In this document: positions 35,989 to 44,687 of the stretch, piece after piece
How the letters are laid out: every line of letters begins with the position of its first letter
How positions within the stretch are numbered: the stretch's first letter is position 1
NCBI GenBank assembly: GCA_035455205.1
Contig: DATIFM010000024.1
Coordinates: 5,959-69,958, forward strand
DNA length: 64,000 nucleotides
Source: Candidatus Bilamarchaeum sp.
Lineage (GTDB): Archaea > Micrarchaeota > Micrarchaeia > Anstonellales > Bilamarchaeaceae
Direction: 5' to 3'
Position numbers and translations under genes: made by a program
The notes under the pieces: generated by a model
Told to the model about the DNA's origin: nothing
Database searches by the model: none
What the model saw: the letters and a program-made list of their open reading frames with translations, nothing else

Positions 35989-36747
35989 CTAGCTTTCTAT
36001 CCTGCTGAAAAGGTAGGCGCCGGCAAAGGTCGTGAGGACGAAGAATCCCGCGAGCACTGCTATGCTGAGCGTGAGGGGCATCGTGGAGCTCCCGATTATG
36101 AGCGCCCTGAGGGCCTCGACCGCGTAGGTCAGCGGGTCGACATAGGAAATGTACCTGACGATTTCAGGCGCGTCGCCGATGGGGAAGAGCGCGCCCGATA
36201 GGAAGAACATCGGCATCACGAGGAAATTCATCACGAGCTGGAATCCCTGCATGTCCTCCATGAGCGAGCCGAACGCGATTCCCATAGACACGAAGGACAT
36301 CGATATCAGGGCCATGACCGCGAGTATGAGCGGGAGGTTCGCGAGGTCGATTGTCGCCCCGAGGGCGAGCGCGAGGGCCATCATTATGAGGCCCTGGAAT
36401 ACCGCCGTGGTAGCGCCCCCGAGCGACTTCCCGATTACTATGCTCGTGCGCGAGACCGGGGCGACGAGCGTCTCCTTTAGGAATCCGAACTGCCTGTCCA
36501 TTATCACGATTATGCCGCTGAATATCGAGCCGAAAAGCAGGACCATGCCGAGGATTCCGGGCATGATGAACTCGAGGTAGCTCCCGTTCCCGGAAGGGAG
36601 GCTCATCGCACCGTTCAGGCTGGTCCCGAGTATCGCGAGGTAGAAGAACGGCATCCCGAGGCTGCCGATGATGCGGCTCTTCGAGCGGAAGAAGCGAATC
36701 AGCTCCCGCTTCCACATGAAATAGACTGCAGTAAGCTCGCTGTTCAT
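35989..36747 (-). CDS. ABC-2 type transporter permease
   Basis: ATG at 36747 ('MNSELTAVYFMWKRELIRFFR') overlaps the ATPase stop (ATGA). Six hydrophobic segments. The longer track ORF N-terminus is an Arg/Gly-rich artefact. Confidence 0.85.
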   Translation of the reverse strand: MNSELTAVYFMWKRELIRFFRSKSRIIGSLGMPFFYLAILGTSLNGAMSLPSGNGSYLEFIMPGILGMVLLFGSIFSGIIVIMDRQFGFLKETLVAPVSRTSIVIGKSLGGATTAVFQGLIMMALALALGATIDLANLPLILAVMALISMSFVSMGIAFGSLMEDMQGFQLVMNFLVMPMFFLSGALFPIGDAPEIVRYISYVDPLTYAVEALRALIIGSSTMPLTLSIAVLAGFFVLTTFAGAYLFSRIES

Positions 36748-37760
36748 CTTGCCCTGCCCCTCCCCCACGCCTTCATCCTCATCCTGTTGGAGTCCTTCAC
36801 CGACGCCCCCTCGGCCCGGATGTCCCGCCCGGTGTAGTAGAGGAAAACGTCGTCCAGAGTCGGCTTGTGCATCCCGACCGAGAGCACCTGCACCCCGCTC
36901 TTTCCGGCAAGCTCCACGAGCTCGGCGACCCTTTTTTCGCCCTGGGTCACGTTTATGTTTATCGCGCCGTCGTCCATCTTCGCGCCCTTGACCCATTTGA
37001 TGCCTTTCACAGCATCCTTCATCTTCAGCGCCTCTTTCGACTTTATCACGACTATGTCCCCGCCCAGGGAGTCCTTCAGCTCGGACGGCGTGCCGTCCGC
37101 GATTATCTTCCCGTGGTCTATAATCGCGATGCGGTCGCAGAGGCTGTCCGCTTCCTCCATGTAATGAGTGGTCATCACTACCGTTATCCCGTGCTCGTCC
37201 TTCAGCTTCTTTATGTAGTCCCAGACGTGCTTCCGGGTCTGGGGGTCGAGGCCGATTGTGGGCTCGTCGAGGAAGAGGATTTTCGGGTAGTGCAGGAGGC
37301 CGCGCGCTATCTCCAGCCTCCGCCTCATGCCGCCGGAGAAAGTCTTGACTAGGTCGCGCAGGCGGTCGGTAAGCTCGACTGTTTCGGCGACTTCGCGAAT
37401 CCTCCGGCCGCGCTCGGAAGGCGGAAGGCCGTACATCGCCGCATGGAGCTCGAGGTTCTCGTACGCGGTCAGTTCCTCGTCGAGCGAGGGGTCCTGGAAG
37501 ACTATCCCGATGCTGCGCCTCGTGCTGTCGGCGTCCCTGACCACGTCGAAGCCGTTCACGGTCGCGCTCCCGGCGGTCGGCTTCCTCATCGTGACGAGCA
37601 TGGAAATCGTCGTGGTCTTCCCGGCGCCGTTCGGCCCCAGCAGGCCGAAAATCTCGCCCTCCTTTATCTCAAGCGAAATGCCGTCCACTGCCGTGAGCGT
37701 GCCGAATTTCTTCGTGAGGTTCCTGATTGAGATTATCGCCACGCGTCTTTCACTCATCAT
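36744..37760 (-). CDS. ABC transporter ATP-binding protein (DrrA/ABC-2 exporter type)
   Basis: Walker A 'GLLGPNGAGKTT', signature 'FSGGMRRRLEIA' and Walker B 'ILFLDEPT'. Confidence 0.93.
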   Translation of the reverse strand: MMSERRVAIISIRNLTKKFGTLTAVDGISLEIKEGEIFGLLGPNGAGKTTTISMLVTMRKPTAGSATVNGFDVVRDADSTRRSIGIVFQDPSLDEELTAYENLELHAAMYGLPPSERGRRIREVAETVELTDRLRDLVKTFSGGMRRRLEIARGLLHYPKILFLDEPTIGLDPQTRKHVWDYIKKLKDEHGITVVMTTHYMEEADSLCDRIAIIDHGKIIADGTPSELKDSLGGDIVVIKSKEALKMKDAVKGIKWVKGAKMDDGAININVTQGEKRVAELVELAGKSGVQVLSVGMHKPTLDDVFLYYTGRDIRAEGASVKDSNRMRMKAWGRGRAR

Positions 37761-37795
37761 AACGTTAAAAAGAAAACCCTAACCAAGAAGTTACC

Positions 37796-38347
37796 ATGGA
37801 AATCTCGGTCCTCAGGCTCGGCCACCGCTTGCCGCGAGACGAGCGGATATCCACGCACGTCGCGCTCGTCGCGAGGGCGTTCGGCGCGCAATCCGTGGCG
37901 TACTCGGGCCAGCACGATTCGGGCCTCGAGGAAAGCGTGAAACGAATCTGCCAGAACTGGGGGGAGCGCAGCGCGTCCGGCTCCCCGTTCTCCATCGAAT
38001 ACCAGAAGAGCGCGGTGCCTTTCATCAGGGCCAGGAAGCGCGAAGGCTTTGCAGTCGTCCACCTTACGATGTACGGCCTCCCCATCTCCGCGCCGCTCCC
38101 CGAGATCCGTTCGAAAGGGAAGCTTCTGATCGTGGTCGGCTCAGAGGCAGTCCCGGGGGAAATCTACCAGCTTGCCGACTTCAACATCGCAATCACAAAC
38201 CAGCCCCACAGCGAAGTTGCCGCGCTCGCAGTCGCCCTGGACCGGATACTCGACGGGCAGGCGCTAAGGGGCATCGACCACTCGGGCAAAAAGCGCATCG
38301 AGCCGATGCCCCGGGGTAAAAAGGTCGTCGAAACAGGTCAATCGTGA
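37796..38347 (+). CDS. trm56: tRNA (cytidine56-2'-O)-methyltransferase aTrm56
   Basis: 183 aa. 'ISVLRLGHRLPRDERISTHVALVARAFGA' and 'LLIVVGSEAVPGEIYQLADFNIAITNQPHSEVAALAV' show the SPOUT knot. Confidence 0.85.
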   Translation: MEISVLRLGHRLPRDERISTHVALVARAFGAQSVAYSGQHDSGLEESVKRICQNWGERSASGSPFSIEYQKSAVPFIRARKREGFAVVHLTMYGLPISAPLPEIRSKGKLLIVVGSEAVPGEIYQLADFNIAITNQPHSEVAALAVALDRILDGQALRGIDHSGKKRIEPMPRGKKVVETGQS

Positions 38348-38451
38348 CAATCCATTTATATTTCTTTCCGCACACAATTCTTTAGGTAAGAAAAGTCCAG
38401 TGTCATTCAGGTAATCCTGCTCATCCCGGGGGATGGTAAGGAACCGGTACG

Positions 38452-41400
38452 ATGACCAGCGAAACTCGAAATCAGGAAAAAAAGGGGGCAGAGGGAGGCC
38501 AATCGCTTTCTCCGGCCCTTTCCCGCGCGAGGACTTTCAGCAGGCATTTCCGTCTTGTGGAATCCATTCTCCTCAGCGTTAGCTATATTAACGCCATTGG
38601 CCAGAATCAAGCCATGGCGGAGCCGATTCCCAGGCAACTCGATTCAGAAAGGATAAACCAGCTCAACCAGCTTGCCGAACAGGCTTTCGAGGCTTTCCGC
38701 TCGTACGTGATAAGCGGCTCCCAGTCGAGCAAGGACAAGTTCCTGCGCATCTGGAACGCCAACAAGGATGACGACGCGTTCTTCAACCGCTTCCAGGCAG
38801 GCATCACCGGGAGCCCGGAGGTTTTCCGCACGCTCCTCAACGCGTACAAGGCGCAGAAGGGCGGATACCCCTCGCCGGAGGAATTCATCGCCGCCATCCA
38901 GGCGTGCTATGCCGAGCTGCTGCGCCCGAGGAGCGAAAGGAACGTTTCGCAGATCACGCAGGACTACGGCCCGGCATTCGTGGCCGAGCTGGACCGGATG
39001 GTCACCGCCCGCTCAGTGCCGGTCCGCGTCCCGACGCAGGTCGATGACAGCACGATAAACGCGTTCCTCAACATGCTGCAGGTCAGCGGGACGAGGCCGA
39101 ACGCCCCGGCGCAGGAGCGCCTGCAGTTCATCATTGATGCAATCGACCAGCAGTTCGCCCTCCACAGCCGCGAGAACGCCTCAGGCATAGCGCAGGCCCT
39201 GCTCTATGCATATACGCTCATGAATGCCGAGGACCGCTCCCGCTTCTCCACCTGGCTCCGGACGATGAAGAGCGCCGACCGCACGGCCCTCGCGAACCAG
39301 ATAGTGACTTCCGTGGCGTCGAGGCAGATACGCCTTCCCTACGAACTCGTGCGGACTTCGTTCGAGGCATGGAAGCAGAACACCGAGAGGCAGAGGGCCG
39401 AAGTGGCGCGCCTCGAGGCCGAGCTGAGGCTCTATCCGCCGCATATCCGCGAGGGGACTCTCATTTCCCTGTCGCACTCGTTCGCGCAGGCGCCGACCGA
39501 CTATGCCCTCGAGAACATCGGGAGGCGCGTGGAATATGTCCGCAAAAGGATTGACATGCTTACGATGATGGCGACGCCACAGAGCAGGCAGCAGGCAGAG
39601 CAGCTCCGCGAGGAGCTCGGCCTGCTCACCACGTGGCTGGGCGGCCTCGGCATAACCGCGACAAGGCCCGAGGACGGCCTCAGCCGCCTCGCGGCAGGAA
39701 TCAACGCGCTCCAGAACTTCTACTATGCGATGAACCCCGAGCGCCCCGAGCTTGCCGACTACCTTTCGGCAGTCCAGTCGAACGGGACGCTTTCGGCAAT
39801 CTACCGTCGCTTCATACTCGCCGTGGATGCGCGCACTTCGAGGATATTTTCCGGCCTAAATGCCGACTCGCCCACCTTCGTTGTCCAGATGCAGGAGCGC
39901 ATTTCCAGCCGGGTGAGCGCGGCGCGCGTCCGGCGCGGGCAGGCGCAGTGGAACTCGGATTACTACCCGCTCCTCTCGCCCCTTTTTGCCCCCCCGCCCA
40001 CGACTTCCGGTGCGGTCCCGTCGAGCACATCATTCGACGCGCAGATGTACAACCGGACGTCCACGCTGGAGCCCCTGCTTGCGGTCGCGTTCCTCGATTA
40101 CCTCGAGGTCGCCGCCCGGAACGGCCTCACGGGCGCCCAGGAGCACCGGATTGTAGCGGCCACGGTGTCCCGCCTCTACGCGGTCAACCCGCTCCTCGTG
40201 GTGAAATATTTCGCGGCAGCAAAGAACCTCGCCACTATCTGCGAGGACAATTCCGAGGCGTTCCTCCGGGCGCTCACGGACATAGCCGCGAGGATATCGG
40301 TCGAGGCGGCCCCTGTCATATCCGGGGTTTCCCCCACGCAGATACTCCCGCTGAACGTCCGCCGCATCATCACGCGCCTCGCAAGCTCGATGGAAGCGAT
40401 AGCGCAGATTCCGAGGAGCTCGGTTGCCCAGTACGACCGGCTCAACCTCCTTGACGAGCGCCTCCAGATACAGCCGTACGCGCCGCACTCGATTGAGCAG
40501 AGGCCCTCAGGCTACATGCCGAACCTCCTTGTGAACCCGAACCAGCCCGCGACGCTCCTTCCGCCGTACCCGTTCCCGCAGTACCTCGTGACGCCCACGC
40601 CGACTTCGCCATTCACGGCAGGCGGGCTGTTCACTTCCCCGCCGACATACTCGGGCAACATCACGCTCCCGACTTTCTCGCCCATCGAGGTCTTCACCGG
40701 CGCGGCCTCGGTCGGAACTTCGATGCGCTATTACCTGAATCCCGAGCACCCCGTGGTCTCGATTTCGCAGTACCTTCCGGGCGTGAACATAAACGGCCTT
40801 AGCATGACGAGGCTCCTCAACGAGATACAGCGCGCCTTCATCCCGACGGACCGCCCCGACTACAGCAGGCAGATAATTTCCGGCGGAGGCGCGGGCGGGG
40901 TTATGGGCACGAAGCCCTCGGAAACCGACCCGTGGAATGTGGGCGGCGCCGGAATGGGGACGCTCATCACGCCTACGGGCGGGGCCTCGCTCGGCGGAGG
41001 GCGGCAGGACACGACGACTTTCGGAGGGCTCTCTGCGGTCGCGGTCCCGGTAGGCATCCCCGTGCTCGGCGGCCCATCGGCCGGCAGGAAAGTCACCGGC
41101 ATAGACAGCGCTGTCGCGGGAGTGCAGAGGCTGGACGACGGGACGCAGCAGGTCCTCCTAAGCGCAGTCCAGACCATGTGGGACCCGAACAACCCCAGCC
41201 AGATGCTCCTCTCGCTCAACCAGCAGCAGGATGCCCTCGGGACGAAATACATGACCGCGCGTTACTTCTTCATCGACAAGCAGGGCACGATTTTCGAGCT
41301 AAAGGGCGGGCAGAACGACCTCGTGGACGTGCTGAATTTCGCCGCGGGCTACGCCGACAACCTGTTCATGACGCCGACCACGAGCGCCTGGAACTACGAG

Positions 41401-43548
41401 CCCACGATACAGCGTGGAGGAGGCGTCCTCGCCGTAGATATCGGCAAGAGCCCATTCCTCGTGCACGCCCAGGCCGTGCCGTTCTTCCTCCCCGAGGGAA
41501 CCCCCCAGCCTTTCCTCCTCGAGTGGACAGGCGCGGGCGCGACCACGGTGGAAAACGCGTCGCCGCGCAGGACGACGATTTTCGAGGTCGGCCTCCCGGG
41601 CAAGATAATGCGCTTCCAGAACCCGATAGACCCCACGAGGACGGACAACTTCACGATGCAGGAAGTGGACTTCATGCTCAGGCGCGTGCAGAGGCCCGAC
41701 GCATGGGAGCTCAGAGTCGGCGGGGGCGGCGCGCAGACGCCCGTCGGCCCGGCGGCCAAGGGGGGAATATTCATAAGGACGCAGAGGCTGGAGCCGCCCA
41801 AGTCGTGGTTCGGCGGCGGCGCCTTCTACGAGGGCGGGGCGACGAACATGCAGGCAATCGCTCTCCTTTCCCAGTCTGCCGACGCCGCGGCTTACATCGA
41901 AAGCCTGCACCGCATCGGGGCGACTCTCTACGGGAGCCGTGAGAACTCGGACCGCCTCCTCGTGGGAGCGCTCGCCCATGTCGTTGCCCAGCTCCGCCAG
42001 GATGCGACGACAGACCCTGCGACCGGGCAGGTGACGCTCGGAAAGCTCAGGTACGACCAGACGTTCTACCGGTTCGTCGGCCTCCTCATCGGGCTGCGGA
42101 ACGCCGCGCGCCTCGACGTCGGGCGGTATTCCGGGCTCGACCAGATGATAAACGACTACCAGGCCATGGCGTCGCAGGTCGCGAACGACCCGTCGCAGGC
42201 GGCGGCGCTCACCCAGCAGTTCCAGGCGACTTACGCATCGCTGCTCCAGCAGGTCTTCGACAACTACCAGCTCGGCATCCAGATTAACCGCGACTTCTCG
42301 CTCGAGGCGACGCTCCTCATGCGCGAGCAGGCGAACAAGTGGACCGACCAGGTGCCTGACACGATTTCCGGGCGCGTCCTCTTCACGTGGAGCACAGGCT
42401 TCTGGCGCGCGTTCGCCTCGGTCCCGCTCCTTGGAGGGAGCACTTTCGGCTCTGCCGGAGCCCAGAGCCCCCTCGGGTATGTGCCGCCCGTACAGACCTC
42501 CACCACAACCACCGGGACCACGGGAACTGTGGCCCCTGTTACAACTGCCCCCCCGACGAGCGCGGGCATCATCGGAACCGGCCTCGGGGTGGACCTCGTG
42601 AACGACGTCTTCATGCAGAGGGCCGCGGCGGATGTCGGCCTCCTCGTTGCAAGGTATGAAGTTGCGCAGGCTGCAACGACCACCACGACCGGGGCCCCGC
42701 CTACGACCGGAGTCACATCCCCCACCGCGCCTACAGTGACAAACGCCCTCACCCCCGTCCAGCCCTGGTTCAAGGCGGGCTGGTTCGTGCAGGGCGCGGT
42801 CAGAATCTTCTCGAACGTGATGGAGGACTCCAACCAGTACCGGCGCCTCGTCACCGACTACGAAGGATACCTCGAGCGCATCCGCGACGGGCGCACCGAC
42901 GACATCACCGAAGCCGTGCGTTCGAAGATGTGCGACGCGATAGACACGAGCGCGTTCCCCCCCGAACTCGTACGGCGTATACGCTCCGGAGCGAGGGTTA
43001 CCCTCACGGCCGACCAGACGAGGCAGCTCGAGAGGGCACTCTGGAACGGCTGGTTCTACGACCGGAAATTCGAAGTCCAGCGCAAGTTCAACGGCCACCT
43101 CCGCGCGTTCCTTGCGGCGAGCGGATACGTTTACAACGACCGCACCTACTGGGACATAGGCACTTTCATCGAGAGCGTCGACCGCTTCAAGGCATACCTG
43201 ATAACCGCCCAGCGCGAGGAGCTCGGCGTGTTCGCGGGTGCCGAGGTCACCTCCGGGCGCGTGCGCGTCGCGGCCATGGGAGGCGGAACGAAAAGCGGAT
43301 TCGGGGCGGCCGCGTCAATCGGCTACAAAATTGGCACCCACACTGTCCCGGTAGAGATCGGCCTCTCGGGCTACGGGCGGAGCGCGGTCATACCGGATTA
43401 CTCCGCGCCATTCTTCATACCCCCCCAGCGCACGGGGACGCCGGAATTCGGCTCGCTGTTCTTCTACACCATCGGGAGCACGCGGGGAGTGTCGGGCCTG
43501 GCGCCGCCGAACCCGAACATCGCCCCCCCGATGAGATACAATTATTAG
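38452..43548 (+). CDS. giant protein A (1698 aa), predicted exported; paralogue of B; no recognised domain family
   Basis: - 5.1-kb uninterrupted frame with balanced composition.
- Leader ending 'NQAMA|EP'.
- 'AFRSYVISG' module, Gly-rich core and Thr-rich linkers.
- Beta-rich C-terminus ending 'PPMRYNY'. Confidence 0.88.
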   Translation: MTSETRNQEKKGAEGGQSLSPALSRARTFSRHFRLVESILLSVSYINAIGQNQAMAEPIPRQLDSERINQLNQLAEQAFEAFRSYVISGSQSSKDKFLRIWNANKDDDAFFNRFQAGITGSPEVFRTLLNAYKAQKGGYPSPEEFIAAIQACYAELLRPRSERNVSQITQDYGPAFVAELDRMVTARSVPVRVPTQVDDSTINAFLNMLQVSGTRPNAPAQERLQFIIDAIDQQFALHSRENASGIAQALLYAYTLMNAEDRSRFSTWLRTMKSADRTALANQIVTSVASRQIRLPYELVRTSFEAWKQNTERQRAEVARLEAELRLYPPHIREGTLISLSHSFAQAPTDYALENIGRRVEYVRKRIDMLTMMATPQSRQQAEQLREELGLLTTWLGGLGITATRPEDGLSRLAAGINALQNFYYAMNPERPELADYLSAVQSNGTLSAIYRRFILAVDARTSRIFSGLNADSPTFVVQMQERISSRVSAARVRRGQAQWNSDYYPLLSPLFAPPPTTSGAVPSSTSFDAQMYNRTSTLEPLLAVAFLDYLEVAARNGLTGAQEHRIVAATVSRLYAVNPLLVVKYFAAAKNLATICEDNSEAFLRALTDIAARISVEAAPVISGVSPTQILPLNVRRIITRLASSMEAIAQIPRSSVAQYDRLNLLDERLQIQPYAPHSIEQRPSGYMPNLLVNPNQPATLLPPYPFPQYLVTPTPTSPFTAGGLFTSPPTYSGNITLPTFSPIEVFTGAASVGTSMRYYLNPEHPVVSISQYLPGVNINGLSMTRLLNEIQRAFIPTDRPDYSRQIISGGGAGGVMGTKPSETDPWNVGGAGMGTLITPTGGASLGGGRQDTTTFGGLSAVAVPVGIPVLGGPSAGRKVTGIDSAVAGVQRLDDGTQQVLLSAVQTMWDPNNPSQMLLSLNQQQDALGTKYMTARYFFIDKQGTIFELKGGQNDLVDVLNFAAGYADNLFMTPTTSAWNYEPTIQRGGGVLAVDIGKSPFLVHAQAVPFFLPEGTPQPFLLEWTGAGATTVENASPRRTTIFEVGLPGKIMRFQNPIDPTRTDNFTMQEVDFMLRRVQRPDAWELRVGGGGAQTPVGPAAKGGIFIRTQRLEPPKSWFGGGAFYEGGATNMQAIALLSQSADAAAYIESLHRIGATLYGSRENSDRLLVGALAHVVAQLRQDATTDPATGQVTLGKLRYDQTFYRFVGLLIGLRNAARLDVGRYSGLDQMINDYQAMASQVANDPSQAAALTQQFQATYASLLQQVFDNYQLGIQINRDFSLEATLLMREQANKWTDQVPDTISGRVLFTWSTGFWRAFASVPLLGGSTFGSAGAQSPLGYVPPVQTSTTTTGTTGTVAPVTTAPPTSAGIIGTGLGVDLVNDVFMQRAAADVGLLVARYEVAQAATTTTTGAPPTTGVTSPTAPTVTNALTPVQPWFKAGWFVQGAVRIFSNVMEDSNQYRRLVTDYEGYLERIRDGRTDDITEAVRSKMCDAIDTSAFPPELVRRIRSGARVTLTADQTRQLERALWNGWFYDRKFEVQRKFNGHLRAFLAASGYVYNDRTYWDIGTFIESVDRFKAYLITAQREELGVFAGAEVTSGRVRVAAMGGGTKSGFGAAASIGYKIGTHTVPVEIGLSGYGRSAVIPDYSAPFFIPPQRTGTPEFGSLFFYTIGSTRGVSGLAPPNPNIAPPMRYNY

Positions 43549-43569
43549 CTTGACCTGAGGCTTTAGCTT

Positions 43570-44001
43570 ATGAAAGTCGAATCCATCGACATACTTTCCG
43601 GGGATTTCAGGAAGGCCGGCCGCCAGGCCCAGCAGACGATGAACATGAACATAAACCTCGTCGGCGCTCGGGCCGAGGGCAGCCTCCTCGACATCGATTT
43701 CGAATTCGTCGCCACTTACTATCCGGACGGCAGCCACATACGCATTCTCGGCAAGGCATTCCTCCGTGGGACCGAGGAGGAAGCGGCCGGGGCGGCCGCG
43801 GAGTGGGCTTCCTCGGGAAAGGTGGGCGGCGAGGCCGGGGAGCTGATAATCAACGCGATAAACTATTCGTGCTCGATAAACTCGGTTCTCGTTTCAAGGG
43901 CCATCAACATCGCCCCGCCAATCGTCCTTCCCACGCTGACTCTCGGGGAAACCGCTTCCGAGCCGGCAAAGAAAGCCCCGAAGCCCCCGAGAAAAAAATG
44001 A
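43570..44001 (+). CDS. small protein, SecB-like pattern (paralogue 1)
   Basis: 143 aa, 21 nt after A. Strand-rich first half ('LLDIDFEFVATYY', 'HIRILGKAFL'), then a helix 'GELIINAINYSCSINSVLVSRAINIAPPIVLPTLTL' and a Lys/Pro tail. Confidence 0.7.
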   Translation: MKVESIDILSGDFRKAGRQAQQTMNMNINLVGARAEGSLLDIDFEFVATYYPDGSHIRILGKAFLRGTEEEAAGAAAEWASSGKVGGEAGELIINAINYSCSINSVLVSRAINIAPPIVLPTLTLGETASEPAKKAPKPPRKK

Positions 44002-44051
44002 CGTTTCGATAGATTTTTATTAGATGCCCGATTTTACTCATCGGGATTCTT

Positions 44052-44471
44052 ATGCTGGAACTTATGCAGGTAATGCTGAATGGCGCAGAAGTAAAGAAGC
44101 TCTCAAACGACGTCCCGAAAGAAGTCTCGGTCAACCTCGATGTCGAGAAGCTGACCGCACGCACCCCCGACACCCTCATTGTCGAGTTCGTCTATTCAAT
44201 CGAATACAAGCCCAGCGTAGGCATGATGAAGTTCATGGGCGAAGCGCTCTGCCGGGACAGCCCGGACAACGTGAAGAAGATACTCGCAGAATACAAGAAG
44301 ACCAAGATGATTTCTTACGAGATGGGAGCGAACGCGATAAACATGATAAACGCGAACGTCGGCATGAACGCGATTTTCGTTTTGAGGCCGTTCGGGCTCA
44401 TCCCGCACTTCCTTCCGCCGCCGATTTCGGTCCCTCCGGTCGAGGAAAAGGCCCCGGCGAAGAAAAAGTAG
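44052..44471 (+). CDS. small protein, SecB-like pattern (paralogue 2)
   Basis: 139 aa. Collinear with paralogue 1 ('LIVEFVYSIEY', 'MMKFMGEALC', 'GANAINMINANVGMNAIFVLRPFGLIPHFLPPPISV', Lys/Pro tail). Confidence 0.7.
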   Translation: MLELMQVMLNGAEVKKLSNDVPKEVSVNLDVEKLTARTPDTLIVEFVYSIEYKPSVGMMKFMGEALCRDSPDNVKKILAEYKKTKMISYEMGANAINMINANVGMNAIFVLRPFGLIPHFLPPPISVPPVEEKAPAKKK

Positions 44472-44481
44472 CTGCCAGTTT

Positions 44482-44517
44482 GTCAACCCCTTCGGGGTTG
44501 ACCATGTCCTTTTTTTT
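44482..44517 (+). terminator. hairpin plus T8 terminator of the A / small-paralogue operon
   Basis: GTCAACCCC-TTCG-GGGTTGAC at 44482-44502, followed by TTTTTTTT at 44510-44517. Confidence 0.6.
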
Positions 44518-44583
44518 AATAATTATTTGTTCCTACTGCTGCCAAAAAAATTAATTAAAAAAAGACCGGTCAGTATGAACCCC

Positions 44584-44636
44584 GTTTGGTCAGTTTGTCA
44601 ACCCGAAGGGTTGACCGACTCACCAACTGACCAAAC
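44584..44636. repeat. compound palindrome downstream of giant gene B
   Basis: Outer 12-bp arms GTTTGGTCAGTT (44584-44595) and AACTGACCAAAC (44625-44636) enclose the inner hairpin GTCAACCC-GAA-GGGTTGAC (44597-44615). A/T runs at 44541-44565 give oligo-T on the minus strand. Confidence 0.6.
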
Positions 44637-44687
44637 CGGACAGTATGTTTGGTGAAGCTTTGACGTTCTCTTCTCTTGGCAAAGCTT

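Noticed and set aside
35989-36996. 335-aa version of the ABC-2 permease, and the TTG start at 4045 for the phosphoribosyltransferase
   Set aside because: The N-terminal extensions are Arg/Gly-rich or overlap the upstream gene. Internal ATGs (36747 and 3982) give canonical lengths, and the permease ATG forms an ATGA overlap with the ATPase stop.
40870-41100. RTX-like or Ca-binding Gly-rich nonapeptide repeats in the Gly-rich cores of A and B
   Set aside because: No regular GGxGxDxUx periodicity. The glycines are irregularly spaced and Asp is scarce.
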